From assembly GCA_030390025.1 (NCBI GenBank), contig CM059438.1:62002001-62066000 (forward strand): DNA of 64,000 nucleotides, in the 5' to 3' direction. The stretch comes from Squalus acanthias. Lineage: Eukaryota. Under the pieces are notes generated by a model that had not been told where the DNA came from, did not search any database, and saw only the letters and a list, made by a program, of their open reading frames with translations. The translations under genes and the position numbers were made by a program. Shown here in pieces: positions 1 to 12,098 of this stretch. How positions within the stretch are numbered: position 1 is the first letter of the stretch; each line of letters opens with the position of its first letter.

Positions 1-2123
1 GAGAGCACTTTGGAGATAGTGACCACAATTCGGTAACTTTCACTATTGCAATGGAGAGGGATAGGGCCATACGGCAGGGCAGGGTTTATAATTGGGGGAG
101 GGGTAATTATGATGCGATTAGGCAAGAATTAGGGAGTATAAGATGGGAACAGAAACTATCAGGGAAAGGCACAAACGAAAAGTGGAGCTTTTTCATGGAG
201 CAATTACTGCGTGTCCTTGATAGGTATGTCCCTGTCAGGCAGGGAGGAAATGGCCGAGTGAGAGAACCATGGTTCACAAAAGAGGTTGAATGTCTAGTCA
301 AGAGGAAAAAGGAAGCGTATGTAAGGATGAGAAAACAAGGTTCAGTTGGGTCGATTGAGGGGTACAAGGTAGCAAGGAATGAGCTAAAAAAAAGAGCTTA
401 GGAGAGCTAGGAGGGGGCATGAGAAGTCCTTGGCGGGTCGGATCAAGAAAAACCCCAAGGCCTTTTACTCTTATGTGAGAAATAAAAGAATGACCAGGGT
501 GAGGGTAGGGCCGGTCAAGGACAGTAGTAGGAACTTGTGCATGGAGTCAGAAGAGATAGGAGAGGTGATGAATGAATACTTTTCGTCAGTGTTCACCGAG
601 GAGAGGGGCCATGTTCTTGAGGATGAGAGTGTGATAAAGGTGGATAGGCTGGAGGTGGTAGATGTTCTGAGGGAAGATGTTTTAGCAATTTTGAAGAACC
701 TGAGGGTCGATAAATCCCCTGGGCCAGATGGGATATATCCTAGGATTCTTTGGGAGGCAAGGGAGGAGATTGCAGAGCCTCTGGCTTTGATCTTTGGGTC
801 CTCACTGTCCACGGGAATGGTGCCAGAGGACTGGAGAGTGGCGAATGTTGTTCCTCTCTTCAAGAAAGGAAATAGGAATGACCCTGGTAATTATAGGCCG
901 GTTAGTCTTACTTCGGTGGTTGGTAAGATAATGGAAAAGGTCCTGAGGGATAGGATTTATGACCATTTGGAAAGGGGCAACTTAATCAGGGATAGTCAAC
1001 ACGGATTCGTGAAGGGTAAGTCTTGCCTAACAAATTTGATTGAATTCTTTGAGGAGGTAACTAAGTGTGTGGATGAAGGTAGAGCGGTTGATGTCGTATA
1101 CATGGATTTTAGTAAGGCGTTTGATAAGGTTCCCCATGGTCGGCTCATGAAGAAAGTAAGGAGTTGTGGGATAGAGGGAAATTTGGCCGATTGGATAAGT
1201 AACTGGCTATCTCATAGAAGGCAGAGGGTGGTGGTGGATGGAACATTTTCGGACTGGAGACCAGTTACCAGCGGTGTGCCACAGGGGTCGGTGCTGGGTC
1301 CTCTGCTGTTTGTGATTTTTATCAATGACTTGGAGGAGGGGACGGAAGGGTGGATCAGTAAATTTGCTGATGACACCAAGATTGGTGGAGCAGTGGATGA
1401 GGTGGAGGGCTGTTGTCGGCTGCAAAGAGACATTGATAGGATGCAGAGCTGGGCCGAAAAATGGCAGATGGAATTTAACCCTGATAAGTGCGAGGTGATT
1501 CATTTTGGTAGGACAAATTTGAATAAGGATTACAGGGTCAACGGCAGGGTTCTGAGGAACGTGGAGGAACAGAGGGATCTGGGGGTTCATATCCACAGAT
1601 CTCTGAAGGTTGCCACTCAAGTGGATAGAGCAGTAAAGAAGGCCTATGGTGTGTTGGCGTTTATTAACAGAGGGTTTGAGTTTAAGAACCGTGAGGTTAT
1701 GCTGCAACTGTACAGGACCTTGGTGAGACCACATTTGGAATATTGTGTGCAGTTCTGGTCACCTCACTATAGGAAGGACGTGGAAGCATTGGAAAGAGTG
1801 CAAAGGAGATTTACCAGGATGCTGCCTGGTTTGGGGGGGAGGTCTTATGAGGAAAGATTGAGGGAGTTGGGGCTTTTCTCTTTAGAGCGGAGGAGGATGA
1901 GAGGCGACTTAATAGAGGTTTATAAGATGATGAGGGGGATAGATAGAGTGGATGTTCAGAGACTATTTCCTCGGGTAGAGGCAGCTGTTACAAGGGGGCA
2001 TAACTATAAGGTGCATGGGGGGAGATATAGAAGGGATGTCCGAGGTAGATTCTTTACTCAGAGAGTGGTTGGGGTGTGGAATGGACTGCCTGCTGTGATA
2101 GTGGAGTCGGACACTTTAGGAAC
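1..2123 (+). mobile_element. CR1-clade LINE ORF2 (reverse transcriptase), cut by the window start and lacking its 3' tail
   Basis: ORF 430-2424 contains [37 protein letters not shown] and RPHLEYCVQFW. The upstream ORF 51-401 joins it through a +1 frameshift in the A8 run at 386-393. Confidence 0.97.
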
Positions 2124-2309
2124 TTACTCCCTGTACTCTCCTGCTGCTCCCGACACCGGCCTCTGTGGGGGGGAAAAAAAGCCCGCGAAAGTGAGTTTAA
2201 ATACCCCCTGTACTCTCCTGCTTCTCCCGACACCGGCCTCTTGGAAAAAAAAAGCCCACGAAAGTGAGTTTAAATACTCACTGTACTCTCCTGCTGCTCC
2301 CGACACTGG
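2124..2309. repeat. Tandem repeat, ~75-bp unit, ~2.5 copies
   Basis: CTGTACTCTCCTGC(T/G)..CTCCCGACAC recurs three times and GAAAGTGAGTTTAAATAC twice. Confidence 0.9.
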
Positions 2310-2344
2310 AATCTCCCCTTGTTATGAACTTTTTAAAGTGTTAG

Positions 2345-2357
2345 TGTCAACCGTGGT

Positions 2358-2391
<34 letters not shown>

Positions 2392-2443
2392 TTTACGGGT
2401 TCAAGTCCCACTCCAGAAACTTGAGTGCACAATCTAGGCTGAC
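2345..2443 (+). mobile_element. tRNA-derived SINE head fragment
   Basis: A-box-like GTGGTTCAGTGG and B-box GGTTCAAGTCC. Matches the 5' end of the copy at 21832. Confidence 0.8.
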
Positions 2444-3233
2444 CTTCCATCTGGCCTCATTTTAATAATAGAGGCGAGCTGCCGGCCCCTGGCCTACCTC
2501 CAGAGGCAGCTTGCCCAACAGCATGAATCGAATTAACTGGCCTCAGTTAAGTCTTGTAAGGAGGGTGGGGGTTGAGCGTGGGCAGATAGTAGTAAAACAT
2601 CCCAAGGCAATTCACAGGAGTGTTATCCAACAAAATTTGACACCGAGCCACAGGACAGGTGACCAAAAGTTTGGTCAAGGAGGTAGGTTTAAAGGAGGAG
2701 AGAGAGGCGGAGAGGTTCAGGGAGGGAATTCCAGAGCTTAGGGCTTCGGCAGCTGAAGGCACGGCCGCCAATGGAGAGGCATTGGGGATGCGCAAGAGGC
2801 CAGAATTGGAGGAGCGCAGAGATCTTGGAGGGTTGTAGGGCTGGGAGGAGGTTACAGAGATAGGATGGGGTGAGGCAATGAAAGGATTTGAAAACAAGGA
2901 TGAGAATTTTAAAATTGAGGCTTTGTCGGACCGGGAGCTGATGTCGGTCACCAAGCACAGGGGTGATGGATGAACGGGACTTGGTGCGAGTTAGGATACA
3001 GGCAGCAGCGTTTGGATGAGCTCAAGTTTATGTAGCATGGAAGATGGGAGGCCAGCCAGGTGAGCATTGGAATAGTCAAGTCTAGAGTTACAAAGGCCTG
3101 GATGAAAGTTGCAGGAGCAGAGGTAAGGGCTGCGTCGGGCGATGTTAGAAGTGGAAATAGGCTGTCTTGGTGATGGAGCGGATATGTGGTTGCAAGCTCA
3201 TCTTGGGGTCAAGTACAACACCAAGATTGCGAA

Positions 3234-3381
3234 CAATGTCTTCGTTAAGCTGCGGGGCTGTGCAGTGGTCCGGAGCTCATTGGCTTTTAAATGGAAAAAC
3301 CGCGCATGCGCGGAAACTTGAATGAGCCGTGCAGCCCGTTAAAGGGGTCACGCACCCAAAAAAAAATGAGAAGGAACATTG
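3234..3381 (-). mobile_element. ~148-bp hAT-like MITE
   Basis: Termini CAATGT...ACATTG, 8-bp TSD ATTGCGAA/GTTGCGAA. Homologous (reverse complement) to 11560-11704. Confidence 0.8.
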
Positions 3382-4031
3382 GTTGCGAACGGTCTGGTTC
3401 GGCCTCAGACAGTTGCCAGGGACAGAGATGGAATCGGTAGCTAGGGAGCGGAGTTTGTGGTGGGGACCGAAGACAGTGGTTTCCGTCTTCCCATTATTTA
3501 GTTGGAGGGCATTTCTGCTCGTCCAGAACTGGATGTCAGACAAGCAGTGACACAAATCAGGGACAGTGGAGGGGTCAAGAGAGGTAGTGGTGAGGTAGAG
3601 CTGGGTGTCGTCAGCGTACATGTGGAACCTGCTGTTCTGTTTTCGGATGATGTCGCCGAGGGGCAGCATGTAGATGAGAAATAGGAGAGGGCCAAGAATG
3701 GATCCTTGGGGGACACCAGAGGCAACAATGCGGGAGCGGGAAGAGAAGCCGTTGCAGGTGATTCTCTGGCTACCACTGGTAGATAAGAATGGAACCAGGC
3801 GAGTGCAGCCCCACACAACTGGACAACGGAGGAGAGGCATTGGAGGAGGATGGTGTGGTCAACTCTGTCAAAGGCTGCAGACAGGTCGAGAAGGATGAGG
3901 AGGGATAGTCACATAGGATGTCGTTTGTGACTTTAAGGGCTGTTTCAGTACCGTGGCAAGTGGAAACGTAATTGGAGGGGCTTCAAACATGGAGTTGCGG
4001 GAAAGCTATGCATGGATTTGGGTGGCGACAA

Positions 4032-4338
4032 CACAGAATCACAGAATCCCCACGGTGCAGATAGAGGCCATTTCGGCCCATCGAGCCTGCACCGACACAT
4101 ATCCCACCCTATCCCCGTAACCCCACGTATTTAATCCCCCCTAACACTAAGGGTCAATTTATCATAGCCAAATCAACCTAACCCGCACATCTTTGGACTG
4201 TGGGAGGAAACCGGAGCACCCGGAGGAAACCCACGCAGGCACTGGGAGAATGTGCAAACTCCACACAGACAGTCACCCGAGGCCGGATTCCTGGCGCTGT
4301 GAGGCAACAGTGCTAACCACTATGCCACTGTGTTGCCC
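4032..4338 (-). mobile_element. V-SINE (HE1-like)
   Basis: V-domain-type GGAGGAAACCGGAGCACCCGGAGGAAACCCACGCAG. tRNA-like head at the right end and CR1-like tail (GGCCATTTCGGCCCATCG, CACAGAAT repeats) at the left end. Confidence 0.88.
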
Positions 4339-4492
4339 TCGTTCAAGGACTTTGAGGAAAAGGAGGTTGAAGATGGGGCGGTAGTTTGCAAGGATGGAGG
4401 GATCAAGGGTTGTTTTTTTTGAGGAGGGGGTAATGATGGCAGATTTGAAGGGAAGGGGGAACAGTACTTGAGGAGAGGAAACTGTTAACAAT

Positions 4493-5220
4493 GGCCCGAA
4501 AATTAGACCTAATACGCGAGACTACGCACTGTGTACTCTCGCGTTTTAGGTCTCCAATTGCCGGTTTCCAGCATGCGCGGGAAACCGGCACTTCGTGAAT
4601 TCAAAAGGGGGCGGTTCCTAAGTGAACCGCGTGCGCGCTACAGGCTGCGCGCACGCAGTGCACTTAGTGCTTTGAACGCGCAGGTAAGCATGGAAGATTT
4701 TACACATAAAGAAAGGAGGCGTAAGACCCTCTTTTAACAAGGTAAGTAGTTAATTAAGTATTACATTTTTTTCAACAGGTTTATCTTTTTTAGAGACTTT
4801 AAAGAAAGGTAAGTTTATTTTTATAACTTTTAAAAAGATTTTAAATTTTTTCAAAAATTTAATTTTTTGTTTAAAGTGGTTAATTTATTTAACTATACTT
4901 ATTTTATTAATGTGATGGCTTTTTTTTAAAATTTAATTGAGGTTTAGCTGTTCTTTTGGGGTGTGTAGGATTCATAGCTTTGACAGCCCTTGCTGTTAAA
5001 ACTATGAATGAAAGATGGTGTGCTGCCATTGGCTCTAACTGAATCACGTGATCCCAGAGCTCGCACGAACTAATTGCGTCTCTGGGTCACGCAAGCACTG
5101 CACAGCTGCAGCCTTGAAACTAAAGTTCGTGTGGGCCCGGAGGAAAAAGGTAGGCGCGGAGTGAGATATCGCGGGGAAGCCTTACCCCCACGTGAACACT
5201 CAGTGTTTAATTTCTGGGCC
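4493..5220. mobile_element. Non-autonomous TIR element, ~730 bp (copy 1)
   Basis: Termini GGCCCGAAAATT / AATTTCTGGGCC. Interrupts the L2 fragment. Colinear copy at 36873-37616. Confidence 0.85.
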
Positions 5221-6394
5221 ATAATCTACTAACATAGGGGCAAGGAACAAGGAAGGAGCACTTATACTCCTACCAGCTCTATGGAAAAAAACATCTTTCC
5301 CTACCATTTCTTCAGCGGCCTCCAGAGGTAGTGCTGCTGGAACAGGAAAAGCTAGTTGAAGTGGAGCGCATGCTCCACCTGGTTTTTCACAAAACCTTGC
5401 AGAAGGGTGCTGAAACAGGTGCAGGACCCTTCGTTGACTATTTCAGTTGATCAACAGCTGGTTTCAGACGGCCTCCAGGGATGCCTAAAAGCAGCGAGAA
5501 ACAATATGGTGACGGCTGTGCTGACCGGGCGGATAATCGTAGGACACCATGCTTAGAAATTCTCATATGCGCGCCCATAAACTAGGCAAAATGCATACCA
5601 ATTTCTACCCCACTATCCCCACAGACAATCTAACACGATCCACTCTTCCGAACTTACGAGTCCTAGGTCTAAGAATTAACCCAAGTGTGGTAAATTGTGG
5701 ACTGAACTTTGCATAGGCATGCAATAACTTTTCAGTCCTCTCAACTAACAATATCAACATGCAGATCAAAATGATTACAGGCGATAATTACCACAATATC
5801 TCTTTACAATTTAAACCCATCAAAGCATCAGGATTCAGACTAGGCAAAACATTGAAACGTTCAAAGAAATATTCTCATACATTTCATGCCAAACGTCCAT
5901 TGAAATGTCATTCTTTAACACTATTTTCCTCCCACAAAGCAGTTGTTTGCAGTTTATTTCTCCTTTATCCTCCTGCACTATCTTTATAAAGGTTTTATTG
6001 GGTCGCCGAGTTGATCTCTGCAATGAAACCTCAGTTTTCAACCACAAATCTCTCTAAAGTGGGATCTCAAATAAATCTTAATGAAATTGCCCTCAAACAG
6101 CACAATGCTTGAATATAAGAAGCTGATGACAGATTGGTTATGCAGATGAAGCTCACCAGATTCCCTTTAGCAAATTACCTATACTACAATGATACAAACA
6201 TATTATGGCAGGATATAAATCCTTTATAAAATGCAGACAGATGAATATTTAAAAATACTATGATACAATCGTAAAATTTGTGTCACCCCATACAGTTTCA
6301 CACTATCATTGAAATAATCTCTTCCCATAGGGACAGTGGTTTTAATTAGATTTGAGTCAACAAACCTCTAACAATTGAACCAAAAATGAAATAG

Positions 6395-6700
6395 CAAAGT
6401 ATTCTATAGACACATAAATAACAAAAGGAAAATGAAGATAGGGATAAACTCACAGGTAATGACAGTGAAATGGCAGAAATATTGAATAATTACTTTGCCT
6501 CAGTTTTTTTTACCAGGGAGGCTAACAAGGTGGACTTGACATTAGAGGAAGAGATCAAAAAGGATATCAAGATATTTAAGATTGATAGGAGGGAGATAAT
6601 TGATAAACTAGACAAACTTAGAGAGGATAAAACCCCGGGTCCAGATGGATTACATCCACGCATACTCAAAGAAGCTAAGGAAGAGATAGCAGAGGCACTA

Positions 6701-6736
<36 letters not shown>

Positions 6737-8125
6737 TTATTCAAAATTCAATCGAAAAGAGAACTGGTGGACAGCTACTGTTATTCCTATATTCCGAAAA
6801 GGACATAGAACGCATCCAGAGAACTATAGACCAGTTAGCTTAATGTCAGTGGTCAGAAAGGTATTGGAATCTTTACTCAAAGATGTAATAGAAACACATC
6901 TAGAAACCGAAAATATAATAACGAATAGTCGGCACGGATTTCAAAAGGGAAGGTCATGCTTGACCAACCTTATTGAATTCTTTGAAGTAACAGAAGGAGT
7001 AGACAAGGATAATGCAGTGGATGTAGTATACATAGATTTTCAAAAGGCCTTCGATAAGTTATCGCATAGTAGACTGATGAACAAGGTCAGGGGATAAGTA
7101 GCAGAATAGATAGCAAACTGGCTACTAAACAGAAAACAGAGAGTAGGGGATAAAAGTAGTTACTCAGACTGGCAGAAGGTGGGAAGTGGTTTTCCACAGG
7201 GATCGGTGCTGGGACCACTGTTGTTCACTATTTACATAAATGATTTGGACTTGGAAATTGGAAGTGCAATATCAAAATTTGTGGATGTCACCAAATTGGG
7301 AGGTATTAATAAAATACAAGAAGACATTAATAAACTTGCAGAGTTGGCGTGTAAATGGCAAATTATTTTCAATATAGATAAGTGTGAGTTGGTGCATTTT
7401 GGTAGAAGGAATAGGAGGCCCCCTACTACTTGGAAAATAAGAGTCTAAATGGGGTAGAGGGATCAAGGGATACAGATTCACAAATCACAAAGTAGCAACG
7501 CAGGTTAGCAAAGCCATCAAAAGTGCTAACAAAGCACGAGTTCATTTCGAGAGGAATAGAATTGAAAAGCAAAAAAGTTATGCTAAACCTGTAACCTTGG
7601 TTAGACCACACTTGGAGTACTGTGTACAGTTCTGGTCTCCATATTACAAGAAGGATATAGAGGCACTTTAGAAAGTGCAAAAAAGATTTACAAGGATGAT
7701 ACCAGAACTGAGTGGGTACAATTATCTGGAAAGACTGAAGAGGCTGGGGCTCTGTTCTCTAGAAAATCAAAGACATAGAGGTCTTTAAAATCATGAAGGG
7801 GTTCGATGGGGTACTTTGATACTTGTGAGGGAGTCTAAAAGTAGAGCCCGTAAATATAAGATAGTCACTAATAAATCCATTAAGGAATTCGTGAGCAACC
7901 TCTATACCCAGAGAATGTGGAGCTCGCTACCACAAGGAGTGATTGAGGCGAATAGCATAGATGCATTTAAGGAGAAGCTAGATAAGTACATGAGGGAGAA
8001 AGGAATAGAAGTATCTGTTGATAGGGTAAGATGCAGTAAGGTGGGAGGAGGCTCGTATCAGGCATAAACATTGGCACAGACCAGTTGGGCCGAATGGCCT
8101 GTTTCTGTGCTTTAAAATTCTATGT
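6395..8125 (+). mobile_element. Degraded CR1 LINE 3' part
   Basis: Fragmented RT peptides ([32 protein letters not shown]) and 3' tail GGGCCGAATGGCCTGTTTCTGTGC. Confidence 0.92.
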
Positions 8126-8154
8126 AAAGACTGGATTATGCTCTTTTCTATGAT

Positions 8155-8370
8155 TGCAGTACTGAGGGAGCGCTGCACTGTCAGAGGCGCCGTCTTTCGG
8201 ATGAGACGTTAAACTGAGGCCCCGTCTGTCCTCTCCGGTGGATGTAAAAGATCCCATGGCCACTATTTCGAAGAAGAGCAGTAGAGTTCTCCCCGGTGTC
8301 CTGCCCAACATTTATCCCTCAACCAACATCACTAAAACAGATTATCTGGTCATTATCTCAGTGCTGTTTG
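8155..8370 (+). mobile_element. Deu-type SINE, internal fragment
   Basis: AAAGATCCCATGGC..ACTATTTCGAAGAAGAGCAG..GGTGTCCTG core shared with other copies in the window. Confidence 0.85.
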
Positions 8371-8539
8371 TAGTGATGGTCGTGGGGTTTGCTGGTAACA
8401 ATCAGCGTGCACCCCATCCCATCTTAAGTGGGGAGGACGAGCTAACATTTGCAGCACGGTGCTTCCAATCTTACGCAGGGCTTGCTGCTAACATTGGAGC
8501 ACTTTTCGAACCATTGCTTAGAAAACGATGAGCAAACTG

Positions 8540-9033
8540 AATGGTGGAGGGGCGGGGTGGGTGAGGGTGTGATGTGGCAGGGGGGGAGAGCAGAATGCTG
8601 CTGTGAGTGACGTGTTTTGTTTTTGAACTGAAAAGATGCTTGGAGCTCCCCAGGGACTATGGAACCACTTGCTGTGGGACATTACTGCTCTGATGCTATG
8701 CGTTGCTGCACGTTGTACAGATAGAAGGCCTTTTGTAATTGTGAGAGAAATAACTAATCTTATTGAGCATTCTCCGGTATCTTGCAACACGTGTTGCTGA
8801 CAGCTGTGTTGCCTAATTCTGTGCACACTCTTGGTTACGTGCACTCTTAGTCAAGAGCAGAGAGGCAATTGTTGTGTAAACACTCTAGATAATCAGGAAC
8901 TCATAGTTTTTCAAGTTCCTAGAATTCAGACGTTCGAATGATCATTTGAAGATTTTTTTAAATCAAAGCAATTGGCATCTTTCTGAAGTAAAATGTTACA
9001 GAAAAGTCTCTCCTTGATTATACTTCAGGTAGG
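8540..9033 (+). promoter_or_regulatory. Candidate promoter / first-exon region of PNPLA7
   Basis: Apparently unique sequence with a GC box (GGGGCGGGG), a TGACGT CRE-like site and a CAG|GTAGGA donor at 9028. Positional inference only. Confidence 0.25.
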
Positions 9034-9839
9034 AAAGTAATAAACTAGAATGGAACCGCTGTTGAGATTGGACTGTTACCTTCCAGCCTTCATGGTCCTG
9101 CCTCACCACCCGCTCAAGTAGGTCTGAGCTGCAGCGACCCCTTTAACTTAAGGGCAGGCTGGAAGATAATTAGGGCCGATAATTAGGGCCGTTTGTTTTT
9201 CATGGGCTGTATGGATTCCGTAATAGCGGAAAAATCCCGTGAACTCCACATCCACACCCTCCTGTCCTCACACGTTGGCGTAAGCTTACTTATCTGTATT
9301 TAATGTGATCCTGACTTGGAGGGAATTAATAAACATAAGTACATAAGAACAGATTACTGTACTTTAATCGATAATGTGATCAGGGTGCTAATTAGGAACT
9401 GCAAGAGAACAGCCCAAGTCCCTGAAAACAGAGTGGTCCTGAGGTTAGAGGAAGGACTGCTTTTCATCATTTTTTTTAGCAATCTTGACCAAAAGACATC
9501 TCTTTAGATATGAATAATTTATGTTGTATTAGTGATTGTTCAAATTAGTGTTAACAGTGACTTGGAAAAGGCGGCGAATTAAAAAAATTTACGAGGGACA
9601 TTTGGCCGATTTATTAATCTAATCTTTAAATGTGTTAAGGATATCTGGCAGTGAGCCCTAAGGTGTTACCCAATGTATCTGAATGTTTGTTCTCAAGATG
9701 AGGGAGTTTGTTGCTGGGGAATTAAATACTTTGAGTCTTTCCTCCCTGTGTCAGCATCGAGTAGCCCCAGAACAAGTATAGCAAGGGTTACATAGACTAT
9801 AGAATCAGGCTCCCTATACTTTGACTCAACAATGTGCCT

Positions 9840-11232
9840 CCGTGCCTACCCAGTGAGCCTAACATCAGTGGTAGGGAAATTATTGGAAAAAATTCTGAGG
9901 GACAGAATTAGTCTCCACTTGGAGAGGCAAGGATTAATCGAGGATAGGCAGCATAGCTTTGTCAGGGGGAGATCATGTCTGACCAATTTGATTGAATTTT
10001 TCGAGGGGGTGACTAGGTGTGTGGATGAAGGTAGTGCAGTTGATGTAGTCTACCTGGACTTCAGTAAGGCTTTTGACAAAGTCCCACATGGGAGACTGGT
10101 CAAGAAGGTAAGAGCCCATGGGATCCAGGGCAATTTGGCACATTGGATCCAAAATTGGCTTAGTGGCAGGAGGCAGAGGGTGATGGTTGAAGGTTGTTTT
10201 TGTGACTGGAAGCCTGTGTCCAGTGGTGTACCGCAGGGATCGGTGCTGGGTCCTTTGCTGTTTGTAGTGTACATTAATGATTTAGATATGAATGTAGGAG
10301 GTATGATCAGTAAGTTCGCAGATGACACGAAAATTGGTGTAGTGGTAAATAGCGAGGAGGGAAGCCTCAGGCTACAGGACGATATAGACGGGATGGTTAG
10401 ATGGGCACAACAGTGGCAAATGGAATTTAACCCTGAAAAGTGTGAGGTGATGCATTTTGGGAGGACTAACAAGGCAAGGGAATACACAATGAATGGTAGG
10501 ACCCTAGGAAGGACAGAGGATCAGAGGGACCTTGGTGTGCATGTACATAGATCCCTGAAGGCAGCAGGACAGGTAGATAAGGTGGTTAAAAAGGCATATG
10601 GGATACTTGCCTTCATTAGCCGAGGCATAGAATATAAGAGCAGGGAGGTTATGATGGAGCTGTACAAAACGCTAGTTAGGCCACAGCTGGAATACTGTGT
10701 GCAGTTCTGGTCGCCACACTATAGGAAGGATGTGATCACATTGGAGAGGGTGCAGAGGAGATTCACCAGGATGTTACCTGGGCTGGAGCGCTTCAGATAT
10801 GAAGAGAGACTGGACAGGCTGGGGTTGTTTTCCTTGGAGCAGAGAAGGCTGAGGGGGGACCTGATTGAGGTGTACAAAATTATGAGGGGCATAGATAGGG
10901 TAGATAGAAAGGAACTTTCCCCTTTAGTAGAGGGGTCAATAACCAGGGGGCATAGTTTCAAGGTAAGGGGCAGGAGGTTTAGAGGGGATTTGAGGAAAAA
11001 CTTTTTCACCCAGAGGGTTGTTGGAATCTGGAACTCACTGCCTGAAAGGGTGGTAGAGGCAGGAGCCCTCAACATTTAAGAAGCATTTAGATGAGCACTT
11101 GAAACGCCATAGCATACAAGGCTACGGACCAAGTGCTGGAAAATGGGATTAGAATAGACAGGGCTTGATGGCCGGCGCGGACACGATGGGCCGAAGGGCC
11201 TCTTTCTGTGCTGTATAACTCTATGACTCTAA
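9840..11232 (+). mobile_element. 5'-truncated CR1 LINE with uninterrupted RT frame and 3' tail
   Basis: 415-aa ORF with RT motifs, followed by tail GGGCCGAAGGGCCTCTTTCTGTGCTGTA and ACTCTATG repeats. Confidence 0.97.
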
Positions 11233-11559
11233 TCATAGAAGAACACCCTGACCTTTATCAATGTTGCCATTGTTGTGGCTAAGTTATGATCGTTTTGTGC
11301 CATAGACTTGCACTCACAAGGAACTGGATTGAGACTGCCAAACTCATTCCACATGAGATCCTTGTGGCTGACAGAGACTTTTGCAGTACAAGTCTAGGTT
11401 TCCATTCAGATCAAGGCCCTGAGATCAAACACTGTATAGTACCTTGCTGTGCCACTGAGTCAGAAAGTTATTGGTTCAAGTCCCACTCCGGAGTCTTGAA
11501 CGCATCATGCAGGCTGACACTCCAGTGCAATACTGAGGGAGTAACTGCACCGTCGGAGG

Positions 11560-11704
11560 CAGTGCTCCCTCTTTTTTTTCCGTCTGCGGTCCCTTTAAGT
11601 GGCTGCGGGGCCCATTCAAATTTCCGCGCATGCACGGTTTCTCCCATTTAAAAGCCGGTCAGCGGCCTGCGAGGGACCTCCAGACCAGACCAGCGGGAAC
11701 GTTG
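11560..11704 (+). mobile_element. 145-bp hAT-like MITE
   Basis: Perfect 8-bp TSD GTCGGAGG (11552-11559, 11705-11712) and imperfect TIR CAGTGCTCCC / GGGAACGTTG. Confidence 0.85.
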
Positions 11705-11865
11705 GTCGGAGGTGATCTTTCGGATGAGATGTTAAACCGAGGCCTTGTCTGGCCTTTCAAGTGGATGTAAAAGATCCCATGGCACTATTCAAAGAGGAGC
11801 TGGGGAGTTCTCCCCGGTGTCCTGGCCAATATTTATCCCTCAACCAACATCACTAAAACATGTTA

Positions 11866-12098
11866 CAAAAGCAAAATACTGCGGATGCTGGAAATCTGAA
11901 ATAAAAACTGAAAATGCTGGAAATACTCAGCAGGTCAGGCAGCATCGAGGAGAGAGAAACAGAGTTAACGTTTCAGGTCGATGACCCTTCGTCAGTTCTG
12001 ACAAAGGGTCATCGACCTGAAACGTTAACTCTGTTTCTCTCTCCACAGATGCTGCCTGACCTGCTGAGTATTTCCAGCATTTTCTGTTTTTATTTCAG
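11866..12098. mobile_element. Palindromic Penelope-like terminal-repeat insertion
   Basis: ~100-bp inverted arms (11896-11995 / 11998-12098) and a 12-bp TSD TAAAACATGTTA. Family assignment is by recall. Confidence 0.75.

Larger units (their letters stand above)
2588..5245 (-). mobile_element. L2-clade LINE fragment hosting three nested insertions
   Basis: Minus ORF 3277-3840 has [22 protein letters not shown] and [11 protein letters not shown]. Homologous to 35553-36690. Far boundary approximate. Confidence 0.9.

Noticed and set aside
471..1734. Antisense ORFs over CR1 copies
   Set aside because: Shadow frames of the RT coding strand that recur in each copy.
430..2424. Novel RT fusion protein, or a retron/DGR-type system
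   Set aside because: The RT is ordinary CR1 ORF2. The C-terminal extension is read-through of a tandem repeat and SINE.
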